From: Gammaproteobacteria bacterium
Lineage (GTDB): Bacteria > Pseudomonadota > Gammaproteobacteria > Eutrophobiales > Eutrophobiaceae
Direction: 5' to 3'
NCBI GenBank assembly: GCA_965222155.1
Contig: CBDCTH010000012.1
Coordinates: 1,440,001-1,504,000, forward strand
DNA length: 64,000 nucleotides
Positions 1-9,810 of this stretch are shown here, one piece after another. A program made the position numbers and the translations under genes. Under the pieces are notes generated by a model. It was not told the origin of the DNA and ran no database searches. It saw only the letters and a list, made by a program, of their open reading frames with translations. Positions within the stretch are counted from its first letter, which is position 1, and each line of letters begins with the position of its first letter.

Positions 1-1169
1 AGGCCGTTGTGGCGTTGCAGGGCGACCGGATAATTTATGCCGGCGGCTCGGCAGGATTCGATCCCGCTGCAGGTGATAGCCAGGTTATCGATACGTCAGG
101 TTTATATATCGTGCCCGGACTGATTGATCTGCATATCCATTTCACCCAACAGCGCGGCATGGACTTCACCCGCTACCGCAACTCGGATGCGGCTGCGGCC
201 ATCCGCGGGGTAAAGTTGCTGGGGCAATTGGCTGATGCCGGAATTACCGCAGTACGAGACGTGGGTACGTCCAATGATGTTGCGCTGCGGATCAAGGAAG
301 CTGTCGAACGGCGTATGGTCGACGGACCGCGCGTGTTATGGAGCGGCAAACTCATTGCTTCCAGAAGCGGGCATGCAGATGAAATTACATCAACCGCGAC
401 GGGCAGACCGAAAAGTATGGCGCCTTCCACCCGGGTTCGCGTAGCAAATGGCCCCTGGGACTGGAGGCTGGCCATCCGGGAACAAATTCGCATGCATGCG
501 GACTGGATCAAGCTGACTGCGCCGTACACCCGGGAAGAGATAACTGCCGCGGTCGACGAGGCCCATATGCATAATATCCCTGTCGCAGTCGACTCCTTCG
601 GGAAATACACGGAATGGGCATCCGACGCGGGAGTCGACACGATAGAACATCCCCTGAATATGACGGAACAGACGATTGCCGTCATGGCGCGCAACAAGAC
701 GGACTTTGTGCCGACACTGACTGCATTCTACAATGTGGAGAAAACCGGTTATCCTTCGGCGGGGATACCCTCCGGCGGGTTTTTCTATACTTTTTCGCGA
801 CGTTATCCCGTTAGCCACGCACAGCATCTTCAGATGGTTGGGCTCGCGCATAAGGCAGGGGTCCGCATCGGGGTCGGTTCGGATATTCCGTTTGAAAATG
901 ACGTGCGCTATCCCCAGGACTATTACGTGGAACTCGATCTCCTGAAAGACGCCGGTCTGTCTGATGAGGATGTATTTGCCTCGGCGACGCGTGTCGGTGC
1001 GGAAATACTGAATATGGGAGATAAACTGGGCACACTGGAAGCCGGGAAACTGGCGGATATACTCGTGGTTGGCGCTAATCCTCTGGCGGACATCCGGAAT
1101 ATTCAGGATGTAAAGTTAGTCATTGCCGACGGCAGAGTGATACGTGATTTTATCGATGGAAAAGAATGA
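1..1169 (+). CDS. Metal-dependent amidohydrolase (Amidohydro_1, Xaa-Pro dipeptidase/imidazolonepropionase-like); probably 5'-truncated by window edge
   Basis: PGLIDLHIH metal motif, AGITAVRDVG, IKL carbamate Lys, IEH, GSD, GTLEAGKLADILVV tail. Confidence 0.85.
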   Translation, partial: AVVALQGDRIIYAGGSAGFDPAAGDSQVIDTSGLYIVPGLIDLHIHFTQQRGMDFTRYRNSDAAAAIRGVKLLGQLADAGITAVRDVGTSNDVALRIKEAVERRMVDGPRVLWSGKLIASRSGHADEITSTATGRPKSMAPSTRVRVANGPWDWRLAIREQIRMHADWIKLTAPYTREEITAAVDEAHMHNIPVAVDSFGKYTEWASDAGVDTIEHPLNMTEQTIAVMARNKTDFVPTLTAFYNVEKTGYPSAGIPSGGFFYTFSRRYPVSHAQHLQMVGLAHKAGVRIGVGSDIPFENDVRYPQDYYVELDLLKDAGLSDEDVFASATRVGAEILNMGDKLGTLEAGKLADILVVGANPLADIRNIQDVKLVIADGRVIRDFIDGKE

Positions 1170-1651
1170 ATCGGATTATCAGGTTTACGGAGCCACGCTC
1201 AGGACTATCGGCCAGGTGTGTTCTCCTGGACGATAAAGCGCCGCGTTCGGCTGAGTTTTTATGGCAACTGGCGCAGATCCAACCGACTTACGATGCAATC
1301 CATGCCATGTGGACAGGACCGGAACTCTCCTGTCCGTTACCCGCCTCAATACTGCCGGAGCATTTCGCACAAATTGACATGCCGTTGGAAAATGCCAGTT
1401 CCTACCCCCGGGCAGGGGAAATCGTTCTCGCTTATGTCAAATCGGGGAGTATAAAAGGATTGCCGCCAGGCCCGTTTTTTGACCTGGGCATATTTTATGG
1501 AGACGGGGGTCGCTTGTTATTCCCATTCGGTTGGTTGATGGCCAATATCTGTGCCGAGATTGTTCCGGAGGACCTGGCCGGTACGCAATCCTCAATTAAG
1601 CAGATCCGTAACAATGGTGCCTGCAAGTTGTCGATAGAACCGCTGGACTGA
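1166..1651 (+). CDS. DUF3830 family cyclophilin-like protein
   Basis: LLDDKAPRS...HAMWTGPE...PLENA..YP..GE...DLGIFYG pattern; 4-bp ATGA overlap with the upstream gene. Confidence 0.7.
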   Translation: MNRIIRFTEPRSGLSARCVLLDDKAPRSAEFLWQLAQIQPTYDAIHAMWTGPELSCPLPASILPEHFAQIDMPLENASSYPRAGEIVLAYVKSGSIKGLPPGPFFDLGIFYGDGGRLLFPFGWLMANICAEIVPEDLAGTQSSIKQIRNNGACKLSIEPLD

Positions 1652-1654
1652 GCA

Positions 1655-2971
1655 ATGGACGCTGTTGAGGTTGAAGAGAGTACGCTCTGGAGCGAAATCA
1701 CACAAACTGCGCCGGGCTTTGACCCGTTGACCGGAATTCACGAAGCAGAACTTGTAGTCGTGGGTGGGGGGGTTGCCGGATTATCGCTTGCGTATCATTT
1801 GGCTGAATCAGGTATGGTTCCTACGGTGCTTGAGGCGGCTACGCCGGGCAGCGATGCTGCCGGAAAAAGCGCCGGCATCATCGCATCCCTGTCTGTCCGT
1901 CACAGTCCGTATGAAATCCTGCAAAAATACGGTGAAGATAAAGGTAGACGTCTTGTAAACATGGTTGGTGAGTCCGGGAGATACGTATTTTCGCTAATCG
2001 ACAGGTTAGGACTTGATTGCGCTCCGCAACAAACGGGCTTCCTGGCCCCGGCCAGAACCGCACAGGAGCTTGAACGAGTCAATAAAACAGCTTCAGAATG
2101 GCGTTCGTCAGGCTATGGGATTGAAACGCTCGATAAGGAACAAACTCGCCATCTATCCGGGTTGGATACCTATCTGGGGGCACTTCTGGACCCGTCCGGA
2201 GGCGCAGTAAACCCCCTTGCCTACGTCCGGGAATTGGCGCGTGCAGCAACGGGGCAGGGCGCCCGGGTATTTGTTAACAGTCCGGTGATTCAGATACATA
2301 AAAATGGCAACGGATGGTGCCTGGAAACAGCCAATGGTCGGGTTAACACGGAAAAAGTCGTATTCTGCGCCGGGGGAGGTAACCGTAATCTGTCTACAGG
2401 CCTTGCCAACACAGTTTTGCCGTTCAAGGTGTATCAGATGGCAACCGAACCATTGGATGCAAATACCAGGAAGAATATCCTGCCTGAAAACCACGCAATG
2501 ACCGATGTGAGTTCGAATATTTTCTCACTGCGCTACGATAAGGATGGACGGTTAATCACGGCCTGCCCGGCATTTATTTTTAAAAACACCCGGCGCCGTA
2601 TCACCGGTTACGTCGAAAAACGGTTAAGGAACTTTTCACCTGTGCTGGATTCGGTGCGCATCCAGTATCTCTGGAGGGGGACAACATGGATTGGAAAATC
2701 CTTGTTGCCCAGGTTCACGGAGCTTTCAGAAGGGTTGTTTGCCGTTCAGGCCTGTAATGGCAGGGGGTTGGCAATCAATACGATTCTTGGACGCGAAGCC
2801 GCAGGATATATCAAGCAAGGACACGCTGAAAATTTAAATTTATTGATTGAAAAACCGGATGCAATTCGTCATCACGGGTTGATGTCTCATTTGCCGGCAA
2901 TACTTATTAACAGTGCCAGGTTTCGCTCCCAAATGATGCACACATTCACCGGGCTGCACCGCTACAACTGA
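1655..2971 (+). CDS. FAD-dependent oxidoreductase (DAO / PuuB-like amine oxidase)
   Basis: VVVGGGVAGLS Rossmann motif, A.GKSAG, VNPLAY, CNGRGLA. Confidence 0.85.
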   Translation: MDAVEVEESTLWSEITQTAPGFDPLTGIHEAELVVVGGGVAGLSLAYHLAESGMVPTVLEAATPGSDAAGKSAGIIASLSVRHSPYEILQKYGEDKGRRLVNMVGESGRYVFSLIDRLGLDCAPQQTGFLAPARTAQELERVNKTASEWRSSGYGIETLDKEQTRHLSGLDTYLGALLDPSGGAVNPLAYVRELARAATGQGARVFVNSPVIQIHKNGNGWCLETANGRVNTEKVVFCAGGGNRNLSTGLANTVLPFKVYQMATEPLDANTRKNILPENHAMTDVSSNIFSLRYDKDGRLITACPAFIFKNTRRRITGYVEKRLRNFSPVLDSVRIQYLWRGTTWIGKSLLPRFTELSEGLFAVQACNGRGLAINTILGREAAGYIKQGHAENLNLLIEKPDAIRHHGLMSHLPAILINSARFRSQMMHTFTGLHRYN

Positions 2972-3103
2972 ATACATGGCAATAAATAGGAAGCCTGACT
3001 ACACTTCTATGAATAACACGACAGCGAACCACTCGACAGCCTGCCGGAATGCAATTTTCCAGCAGCAAGCCCAGGGTATGGCTCGTCAATTCCGGAGAAC
3101 ATC

Positions 3104-4795
3104 ATGAAAAATATATACAAGTATTACCTGCCTGTTTTATTTGTCTTTGCCGTTATTTGCAGCGGATGTGCCGAACAGGGGGCGGATTTAATTATTCACA
3201 ATGGGAAAATCGTCACGGTTGACAAGGATTTCTCCATTGCTGAAGCCGCAGCAGTCAAGGATGGGAAGTTCATGCAGGTGGGAACGGAAAGTTCGGTTCT
3301 CGAGAGCGCAGGCCCGGATACGATGGTGGTGGACCTTGGAGGCAAGACGGTGCTTCCCGGGTTCAATGATACCCATAGCCATATGACAACCATGGGGATC
3401 AACCTGCCGACGATGATTGACCTGACTGAAATTACTTCGATCGACGATATAAAACAGGCGGTTGCCGAACGCGTGAAAGTGACGGAAAAGGGCGAATGGA
3501 TTTTCAGTGAGGGTGGCTGGTGGCAGTTCATGCTGGAAGATGGACGCCTGCCAAATCGGTATGATCTTGACGAGGTCTCGCCCGACAATCCGGTGACGTT
3601 GAAAGGCGGTCATTATGTCATTGCCAACAGTATGGCCCTGGAACGGGTAGGTTTTGACAGGGACAGCGAGAATCCGGCCGGGGGAGAAATATGGAAGGAT
3701 GACAAGGGTGAACCGACCGGATTTCTTGTACGCAATGCCATGTACCCGTTACTGGATCATTTTCAGACACCGGGCAGGGATATGCAACTTGATGGTATCC
3801 GGCAAGCGATCAGGCGGGTAAACAGTTGGGGGATGACGAGTTTGAGAGAACCCGGCGGCACCCGGGAACAGGTCGATATGCTGCGCAGCCTGTATGAAAA
3901 CGGGGAACTTACCGTCAGGGTCGACTGGTGCTACGACATAGATCCCAATACCCCGGCGGATAATATCGATACCATGTTTGAAGCCCTTGGCGACCCCGGA
4001 GAACAATGGGGAGACGGCATGTTCAGGGCTGACGGTCTGGCAGAAATGATGCTGGACGGCGCTGAGGAATCAGCGCAGATTCGCACGGAATATATAGGTC
4101 GCCCCGGTTACTACGGACTGCGGCTCATTGAACAGAATCAACTGAACAGGATTGTACTGTCAGCCGCACGGCACGGATGGCGCCCGGGCCCCCATGCCGT
4201 CGGTGGTGCGTCTATCGATCAACTCCTGGATGCATATGAATATGTTAACGGCCAGATCAACATTCTGGACCGGCGCTGGATAGTTGACCATGGCATCCTG
4301 TTACAACCGGATCACTACGAACGCGTCAAAAAGCTCGGACTGATTGTGCTTCCCCAACCTAGACACCTGTATATCATAGGCGACAAATTCATTGAGCACT
4401 GGGGTGAAGATCTGGCTCACATGTCTTATCGGCTCAGGGACTGGATAGACAATGGCATAAAACTTTCACTTGGCGCGGACAAGCCGGTGTCCTCCCGTTC
4501 AAAACCAATAATGCAGATTTACGTCGCCGTTACAAGAGGAACAGGGTGGGGCGGGGTACTAGGTCCGGACCAGGGTCTGACCCGGGAAGAGGCCATCCGC
4601 GGTATTACGCTGGATTCGGCCTACACCAGCTTCGAGGAAGATATCAAAGGTTCTATCGAGCCGGGCAAGTATGCGGACTTTGTCGTACTGTCGGACGATA
4701 TCCTCACCGTGCCGGCCGAGAACATCAAGGATATTGAAGTCGAAGCAACCGTGCTGGCTGGGAAGGTCGTATACGGTTCATATCCGGCAAACTGA
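3104..4795 (+). CDS. Amidohydrolase_3 (YtcJ-like), exported, possible lipoprotein
   Basis: Hydrophobic N-terminus ending ..ICSGC; PGFNDTHSH, HAVG, DHG, GSIEPGKYADFVVL. Confidence 0.85.
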   Translation: MKNIYKYYLPVLFVFAVICSGCAEQGADLIIHNGKIVTVDKDFSIAEAAAVKDGKFMQVGTESSVLESAGPDTMVVDLGGKTVLPGFNDTHSHMTTMGINLPTMIDLTEITSIDDIKQAVAERVKVTEKGEWIFSEGGWWQFMLEDGRLPNRYDLDEVSPDNPVTLKGGHYVIANSMALERVGFDRDSENPAGGEIWKDDKGEPTGFLVRNAMYPLLDHFQTPGRDMQLDGIRQAIRRVNSWGMTSLREPGGTREQVDMLRSLYENGELTVRVDWCYDIDPNTPADNIDTMFEALGDPGEQWGDGMFRADGLAEMMLDGAEESAQIRTEYIGRPGYYGLRLIEQNQLNRIVLSAARHGWRPGPHAVGGASIDQLLDAYEYVNGQINILDRRWIVDHGILLQPDHYERVKKLGLIVLPQPRHLYIIGDKFIEHWGEDLAHMSYRLRDWIDNGIKLSLGADKPVSSRSKPIMQIYVAVTRGTGWGGVLGPDQGLTREEAIRGITLDSAYTSFEEDIKGSIEPGKYADFVVLSDDILTVPAENIKDIEVEATVLAGKVVYGSYPAN

Positions 4796-4861
4796 CGATA
4801 AATCCTATATATAACGGCAGGCTATAAGAAGCTGGCTGCTGATACCTGACGACGGGAGGTT

Positions 4862-6133
4862 ATGATAATGATTTTCCAATTTCTTCAGAAGTTACCCCTG
4901 ACAGCCGGAAAAACTGCATTGCTGCTGTTTTGCTGTAACGCGGTTGCAGCACCTTATTGGATTACGGGAGGTACTTTGATTGACGGCACCGGGGCCGAAC
5001 CGAGACCTAACCCCGGCATTTACATCAATGAAGGTACGATAGCCGCACTGGGTAAACCCGACTCCTTGCCGACGGATACAAAGACAATCAATGCCGAGGG
5101 AAAATGGGTATTGCCGGGTCTGTACGATCTGCATGCGCACATTACCTTCAAACTGGCCGGCGCCCGGGACCTGGAAGACGATGTGGTCAATGCCCTGCGT
5201 TCGGAGCGTTTCCTGGAACGTTACCAGGAAATCGGCGTGACGGTGATACGAGACGTGGCATCCCGCTATCACGTCGGCTATTCGCTGAAGCGGGCGCAGC
5301 GGGACGGCCTTATCGGGGGCGCCAGGTTGTATATATCAGGTCCGTTGATTACCACTACGGGTGGGCATGCCACGGAGTTTCAACCGTTAATACCGCCGAT
5401 ATGGGCGGTGGAGGCCGACGGCCCCTGGGAATTCCGCAAACGGGTACGCGAGGCGGTAAAGCTGGGCGCCGACCTGATCAAGACGACGACCCCGTATACG
5501 CTGGAAGAACTCAGCGCGGCGGCAGAGGAAGCCCATTACTGGAAGATACGCATCACCGCGCACCTGGGCGGCGCCCAGGACCCGCATCATACTTCCGGTC
5601 GGATAGCCGTCGATGCAGGTGTTGACAGTGTCGAGCACCTGTATCCGTTCGGTGATGATGACGTGTTCCGGGATATGGTGAAAAACAATATCAACCTGGT
5701 CCCGACCATCGGTTATCACCTGCGTGAACTGGAGGGTCAATACACCTATGACCCGGACTGGCTGGAGAAGCACCTGGGCCATACCTATGAAGGCATGATT
5801 GAGCGGTTTAAGAGAATGCATGAACTGGGGGTGAAGTTTGCCATCGGCACGGATTCCAACGCGAAAGACCTGCCGACCATGGACAAGCTGTATCTTCAGG
5901 AGCTCGAGGGTTTCACTCTGGGCGGCTTGACACATATGAAAATCATACAGGGAGCCACCTTGATTGGTGCGGAAACGATGGGACTGGAAGCGGAGGCCGG
6001 CAGCATTGAGGCAGGAAAATGGGGTGATGTGATACTTCTTAATGCGGACCCGCTTGAAAGCCTCAGCGCGCTGGTAGAACCCAGCCTGGTAATGCAGAAC
6101 GGAGAGATTGTTTTCAAGAGGAATACAGAATAG
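4862..6133 (+). CDS. Exported metal-dependent amidohydrolase (paralogue A)
   Basis: Signal-like N-terminus; PGLYDLHAH, TGGH, IKT, AH, VEH, GTD, GSIEAGKWGD. Confidence 0.85.
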   Translation: MIMIFQFLQKLPLTAGKTALLLFCCNAVAAPYWITGGTLIDGTGAEPRPNPGIYINEGTIAALGKPDSLPTDTKTINAEGKWVLPGLYDLHAHITFKLAGARDLEDDVVNALRSERFLERYQEIGVTVIRDVASRYHVGYSLKRAQRDGLIGGARLYISGPLITTTGGHATEFQPLIPPIWAVEADGPWEFRKRVREAVKLGADLIKTTTPYTLEELSAAAEEAHYWKIRITAHLGGAQDPHHTSGRIAVDAGVDSVEHLYPFGDDDVFRDMVKNNINLVPTIGYHLRELEGQYTYDPDWLEKHLGHTYEGMIERFKRMHELGVKFAIGTDSNAKDLPTMDKLYLQELEGFTLGGLTHMKIIQGATLIGAETMGLEAEAGSIEAGKWGDVILLNADPLESLSALVEPSLVMQNGEIVFKRNTE

Positions 6134-7380
6134 TGAATTACGGAAAGATACTGCTGTTACTGTCAAGTCTGATTTGTCTGGAGGCAGGCGCCGCATCCTA
6201 TTGGATAACCGGAGGCACCCTGGTTGACGGCACAGGGGCAGCGCCGAGACCCAACCCCGGTATTTTCATCGATGAAGGCACGATAGTTGCCCTGGAGAAA
6301 CCTGGCTCTTTGCCGAAGGATACAAAAGAAATCAATGCAAACGGGAAATGGGTTCTGCCGGGTATGTTCGATTTGCATGCGCATATTACTTTCAAACTGG
6401 CCGGCGCCCGTGACCTGGAAGATGATGTCATCAATGCCCTGCGTTCGGAACGCTTCCTGGAACGCTACCAGGAAATCGGCGTGACGGTGATACGGGATGT
6501 GGCTTCCCGCTATCACGTCGGGTATTCGCTGAAACGGGCGCAGCGGGACGGGCTTATAGGGGGCGCCCGGTTGTATGTCTCAGGACCCTTGATTACCACA
6601 ACTGGGGGACATGCCACGGAATTCCAACCGTTACAGCCGCCGATATTTGCGGTGGAGGCCGACGGACCATGGGAGTTCCGCAAGCGCGTGCGTGAGGCGG
6701 CGAAGCTGGGTGCAGACTTTATCAAGGTAACGACCCCGTACACAATAGAAGAACTCGGCGCGGCGACAGAGGAAGCGCATAACTGGAAGATGCGCATCAC
6801 TGCGCACATAGGCGGGGCGCAGGATTTGCATCAGGTATCCGGACCAATAGCCATTGCTGCCGGTGTTGACAGCGTCGAGCATCTTTATTCATTCGGCGGG
6901 GACGATGTACTGCGGGAAATGGTGAGAAAGAATATTTATTCCATCCCCACCATCGGTTATCACCTGCGCCAACTGGATAACCAGTATACCTATAAGGCGG
7001 ACTGGCTTGAGAAGAACCTGAACCACACCTATGCAAGCATGGTTGAGCGCTTCAAGAGAATGCATGAAATTGGGGTCAAGTTTGCCGTCGGCACCGATTC
7101 CAACGCAAAGGATCTGCCGGTAATCGATGATATTTACCTGCAGGATCTCGAAGGTTTTACATTAGCAGGTCTTACCAATATGGAAATCATACAGGCGGCC
7201 ACTTTGAATGCCGCGGAGGCGATGGGCTTGGACTCAGAGGCTGGAAGCATCGAAGCCGGTAAATGGGCTGATTTGATATTCCTTGATGAAGACCCGCTTA
7301 CGAATCTCGAAACATTGGTAAAACCGGGTTTGGTGATACAAAACGGCAATATTGTTTTCGAGAGAAATTCAGGATGGTAA
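6133..7380 (+). CDS. Exported metal-dependent amidohydrolase (paralogue B, tandem duplicate)
   Basis: Same motifs with long identical peptide stretches to 4862-6133; GTG start overlaps the upstream TAG. Confidence 0.85.
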   Translation: MNYGKILLLLSSLICLEAGAASYWITGGTLVDGTGAAPRPNPGIFIDEGTIVALEKPGSLPKDTKEINANGKWVLPGMFDLHAHITFKLAGARDLEDDVINALRSERFLERYQEIGVTVIRDVASRYHVGYSLKRAQRDGLIGGARLYVSGPLITTTGGHATEFQPLQPPIFAVEADGPWEFRKRVREAAKLGADFIKVTTPYTIEELGAATEEAHNWKMRITAHIGGAQDLHQVSGPIAIAAGVDSVEHLYSFGGDDVLREMVRKNIYSIPTIGYHLRQLDNQYTYKADWLEKNLNHTYASMVERFKRMHEIGVKFAVGTDSNAKDLPVIDDIYLQDLEGFTLAGLTNMEIIQAATLNAAEAMGLDSEAGSIEAGKWADLIFLDEDPLTNLETLVKPGLVIQNGNIVFERNSGW

Positions 7381-7542
7381 ATCGATAGTATCGGACGCTT
7401 GCAAGCTATCGTAATTAACTGAATTTTTACATCATAATACCGCAAAGGTATGCCCGACATCGGCGAGTTTCGGCGGCGCTATCCTGCGCAGTGTACCCGG
7501 CGTCGGGGACGGCATGACCGTCACCCTTGCCAAGGGAACTTC

Positions 7543-7626
7543 GATATTTGGGGTTAGAGTAAAAATACAGTCAGTCTGGCAAGTGATAGTGGCTTGTTGA
7601 GTATTTTTACTCTGACCCAAAATATC
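7543..7626. repeat. Inverted-repeat element, family C (ATATTTGGGGTYAGAGTAAAA ... TTTTACTCTGACCCMAAATAT)
   Basis: Long terminal inverted arms; second copy at 30440-30524. Confidence 0.75.
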
Positions 7627-7724
7627 ACCCTAAATATCTTTTCTTATGAATAATTTATTAATTTCACTATTTTTCATAGGAATAATTATTTAGTTTTGCT
7701 GTTTTTACCTGTAAACTCAGATTC

Positions 7725-9092
7725 ATGACGTCCATAATTCGTAATATCACCCAGGATCTCATCGCATGGAAACAGGCGTCCTTACGCAAACCGCTTGTAC
7801 TCAGGGGAGCCAGGCAAACGGGCAAGTCATACGCGCTGATGGAATTTGGCAAACAGCATTTCCCGGCCTGCCATGTCCTTAACTTCCAGGAGGACCCTGG
7901 ACTTGACACCTTATTCCAGGGCTCCTTGTCGCCAACCGGTATTATCCAATCACTGGAGTTTTTCCTTGAAACTGACATCAATACACAAACCGACCTGGTT
8001 ATATTCGACGAAATACAGGATTGTCCCCGCGCCCTCACGAGCATCAAGTATTTTTGTGAGAAAATGCCCGAATTGGCCCTTTGCTGCGCCGGTTCGTTGC
8101 TGGGACTTGTGCACTCGGAAGATTCTTTCCCTGTCGGCAAGGCTACCTTTCTGGACCTTTATCCCTTGTCGTTTATGGAGTTTTTAGGGGCTATCGACGA
8201 AACAAGAATGCTCACCTTTTTACAAAATATCGATCAAGACACCCGGATACCCGAGCTTATCCACGCAAGCCTTCTGGACCTGTTGAAAGAATACTTTATT
8301 GTTGGTGGTCTGCCGGAAGTAGTAGATGTTTACCGGCGCAACCGTGAATATCGCAGAGCAGCATTTGAACAGGCGCGCGCCTGCCAACAGGACCTGTTGG
8401 ATGCTTATGTACGGGACTTTGCCAAGTACGCCGACTCCGTAAGGGCGGATCGAATCCTGGCTGTGTTTTCAGCAATACCGGCGCAACTTGCCAAAGAAAA
8501 CAAAAAGTTTATGCCCTCGGGGGTAATAGCCGCTGGGAGCTACTCGGCCCTGCAAAGCGCCATTGACTGGCTGGCTGGCGCCGGCTTGGTAATCAAGACG
8601 CCCATTGCCAATTCGGGGGAGCTGCCTTTTTCAACTTTTACCCGGGAAAACCGATTCAAGCTGTACATTTTCGATACCGGATTGCTGGGCGCCCTGGCCC
8701 GGCTTTCTCCCGGCGCGCTTTATCTGGAAGCTGACCTGTTTGCAACGTTTAAAGGCGCGTTTTGCGAGAACTTCATCGCCCAGGAATTACGGCAATCCGT
8801 CGCTAAAACACTTTATTGCTGGATGAACAATACAGCGGAGGTTGAGTTCATGCTGGAGATAGACGGCCAGGTTCTGCCGATTGAAGTGAAGGCAGGCAAA
8901 TCCGGCAAATTAAAAAGCCTCAATGTCTTTGCACAAAAGTATGCTCCACCCTACCGGACCCGCTTCAGCGCCCGGAACCTTGAAATCAATGACGAAGCGG
9001 CCATGCACAGCTATCCATTGTATCTGAGCGGACGTTTTCCTCTCCAACCACCACTTGGCCCGAGGTGTCAACCTAAGCCTCAGTCTTTTTGA
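7725..9092 (+). CDS. AAA_14 ATPase with DUF4143 C-terminal domain
   Basis: RKPLVLRGARQTGKS Walker A, IFDEIQ Walker B, GGLPE, KLYIFDTGLL, EVEF..PIEVK. Confidence 0.9.
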   Translation: MTSIIRNITQDLIAWKQASLRKPLVLRGARQTGKSYALMEFGKQHFPACHVLNFQEDPGLDTLFQGSLSPTGIIQSLEFFLETDINTQTDLVIFDEIQDCPRALTSIKYFCEKMPELALCCAGSLLGLVHSEDSFPVGKATFLDLYPLSFMEFLGAIDETRMLTFLQNIDQDTRIPELIHASLLDLLKEYFIVGGLPEVVDVYRRNREYRRAAFEQARACQQDLLDAYVRDFAKYADSVRADRILAVFSAIPAQLAKENKKFMPSGVIAAGSYSALQSAIDWLAGAGLVIKTPIANSGELPFSTFTRENRFKLYIFDTGLLGALARLSPGALYLEADLFATFKGAFCENFIAQELRQSVAKTLYCWMNNTAEVEFMLEIDGQVLPIEVKAGKSGKLKSLNVFAQKYAPPYRTRFSARNLEINDEAAMHSYPLYLSGRFPLQPPLGPRCQPKPQSF

Positions 9093-9304
9093 CCATAAAC
9101 TATATCGTCTATCCGCTGGCTCGATTCAGGTTCGCCCGTTTCAACCATGCCCGCATAGCGCATCCAGGGTTTTGTTTCATCCACAGAAAGTGTTGTCCGC
9201 AAAGAGCGTCGCAGCAGTTCTGCGAGAGAGATTCCCAATCTTTGGGCCTCCTTTTTTGCAGCTGCATATTCGCTTTCTGTAAGACTGATTTGAGTTCTGA
9301 CCAT
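9080..9304 (-). CDS. CopG/ribbon-helix-helix protein (antitoxin-like), orphan
   Basis: MVRTQISL...A.RLGISLAELLRR RHH pattern; S..IDDIVYG tail typical of PIN-toxin antitoxins. Confidence 0.7.
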   Translation of the reverse strand: MVRTQISLTESEYAAAKKEAQRLGISLAELLRRSLRTTLSVDETKPWMRYAGMVETGEPESSQRIDDIVYGQKD

Positions 9305-9362
9305 AATGATAACAATATATTAGGTATTGTTATTACTTGCAACTTTAACTATCAGGAATGTT

Positions 9363-9568
9363 CAGGGCAAACGCATACTTTTGAATTCAGATGTTTTTGC
9401 CCGATTCCGTCATTCTGGCGCAGGCCAGAATCCAGTGAATAACCCTTCATTACCCTGAGCATGCGCTGTTGTTTGACTGGATGCTGGCATTCGCCAGCAT
9501 GACGGGCGGTGTTTTCCGGTTGGTTTCCTGTCGTCTGCAACAGAATCCAAAAGTATGCGGTTGCCCTG
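9363..9568. mobile_element. 206-bp MITE family A (ISAs1-type CAGGG ends), 10-bp TSD CAGGAATGTT
   Basis: 21-bp TIRs CAGGGCAAACGCATACTTTTG / CAAAAGTATGCGGTTGCCCTG; TSD at 9353-9362 and 9569-9578; near-identical copy at 61945-62150. Confidence 0.92.
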
Positions 9569-9576
9569 CAGGAATG

Positions 9577-9783
9577 TTAACTATCAGGAACAAATATATT
9601 GCTGTCCGTGGCGCCGGTGACAGTCTTGATGCGCACGAATTCCAACAGTTCCTTGCGGGGTAGGGCGTTTAATGCAGACATGATCTTGAGACGCACCGCT
9701 TGATGGATAATGTGGTTTGCCGGGTTCAGAAAAGTGCCAAAATCAGGCGACTGGTTGCACTTATGGCTTGAAGCCGCCAGCAA
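9577..9783 (-). pseudogene. Truncated winged-helix transcriptional regulator (HTH_34/ArsR-like)
   Basis: IIHQAVRLKIMSAL...F..IK..TGATDSN matches the N-terminal half only; then stops. Confidence 0.6.
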
Positions 9784-9810
9784 ATAATGTGTAGATATTT
9801 AATTTGTCGG

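Noticed and set aside
9352-9663. Short ORFs duplicated at 61925-62277
   Set aside because: They are translations of the non-coding MITE.
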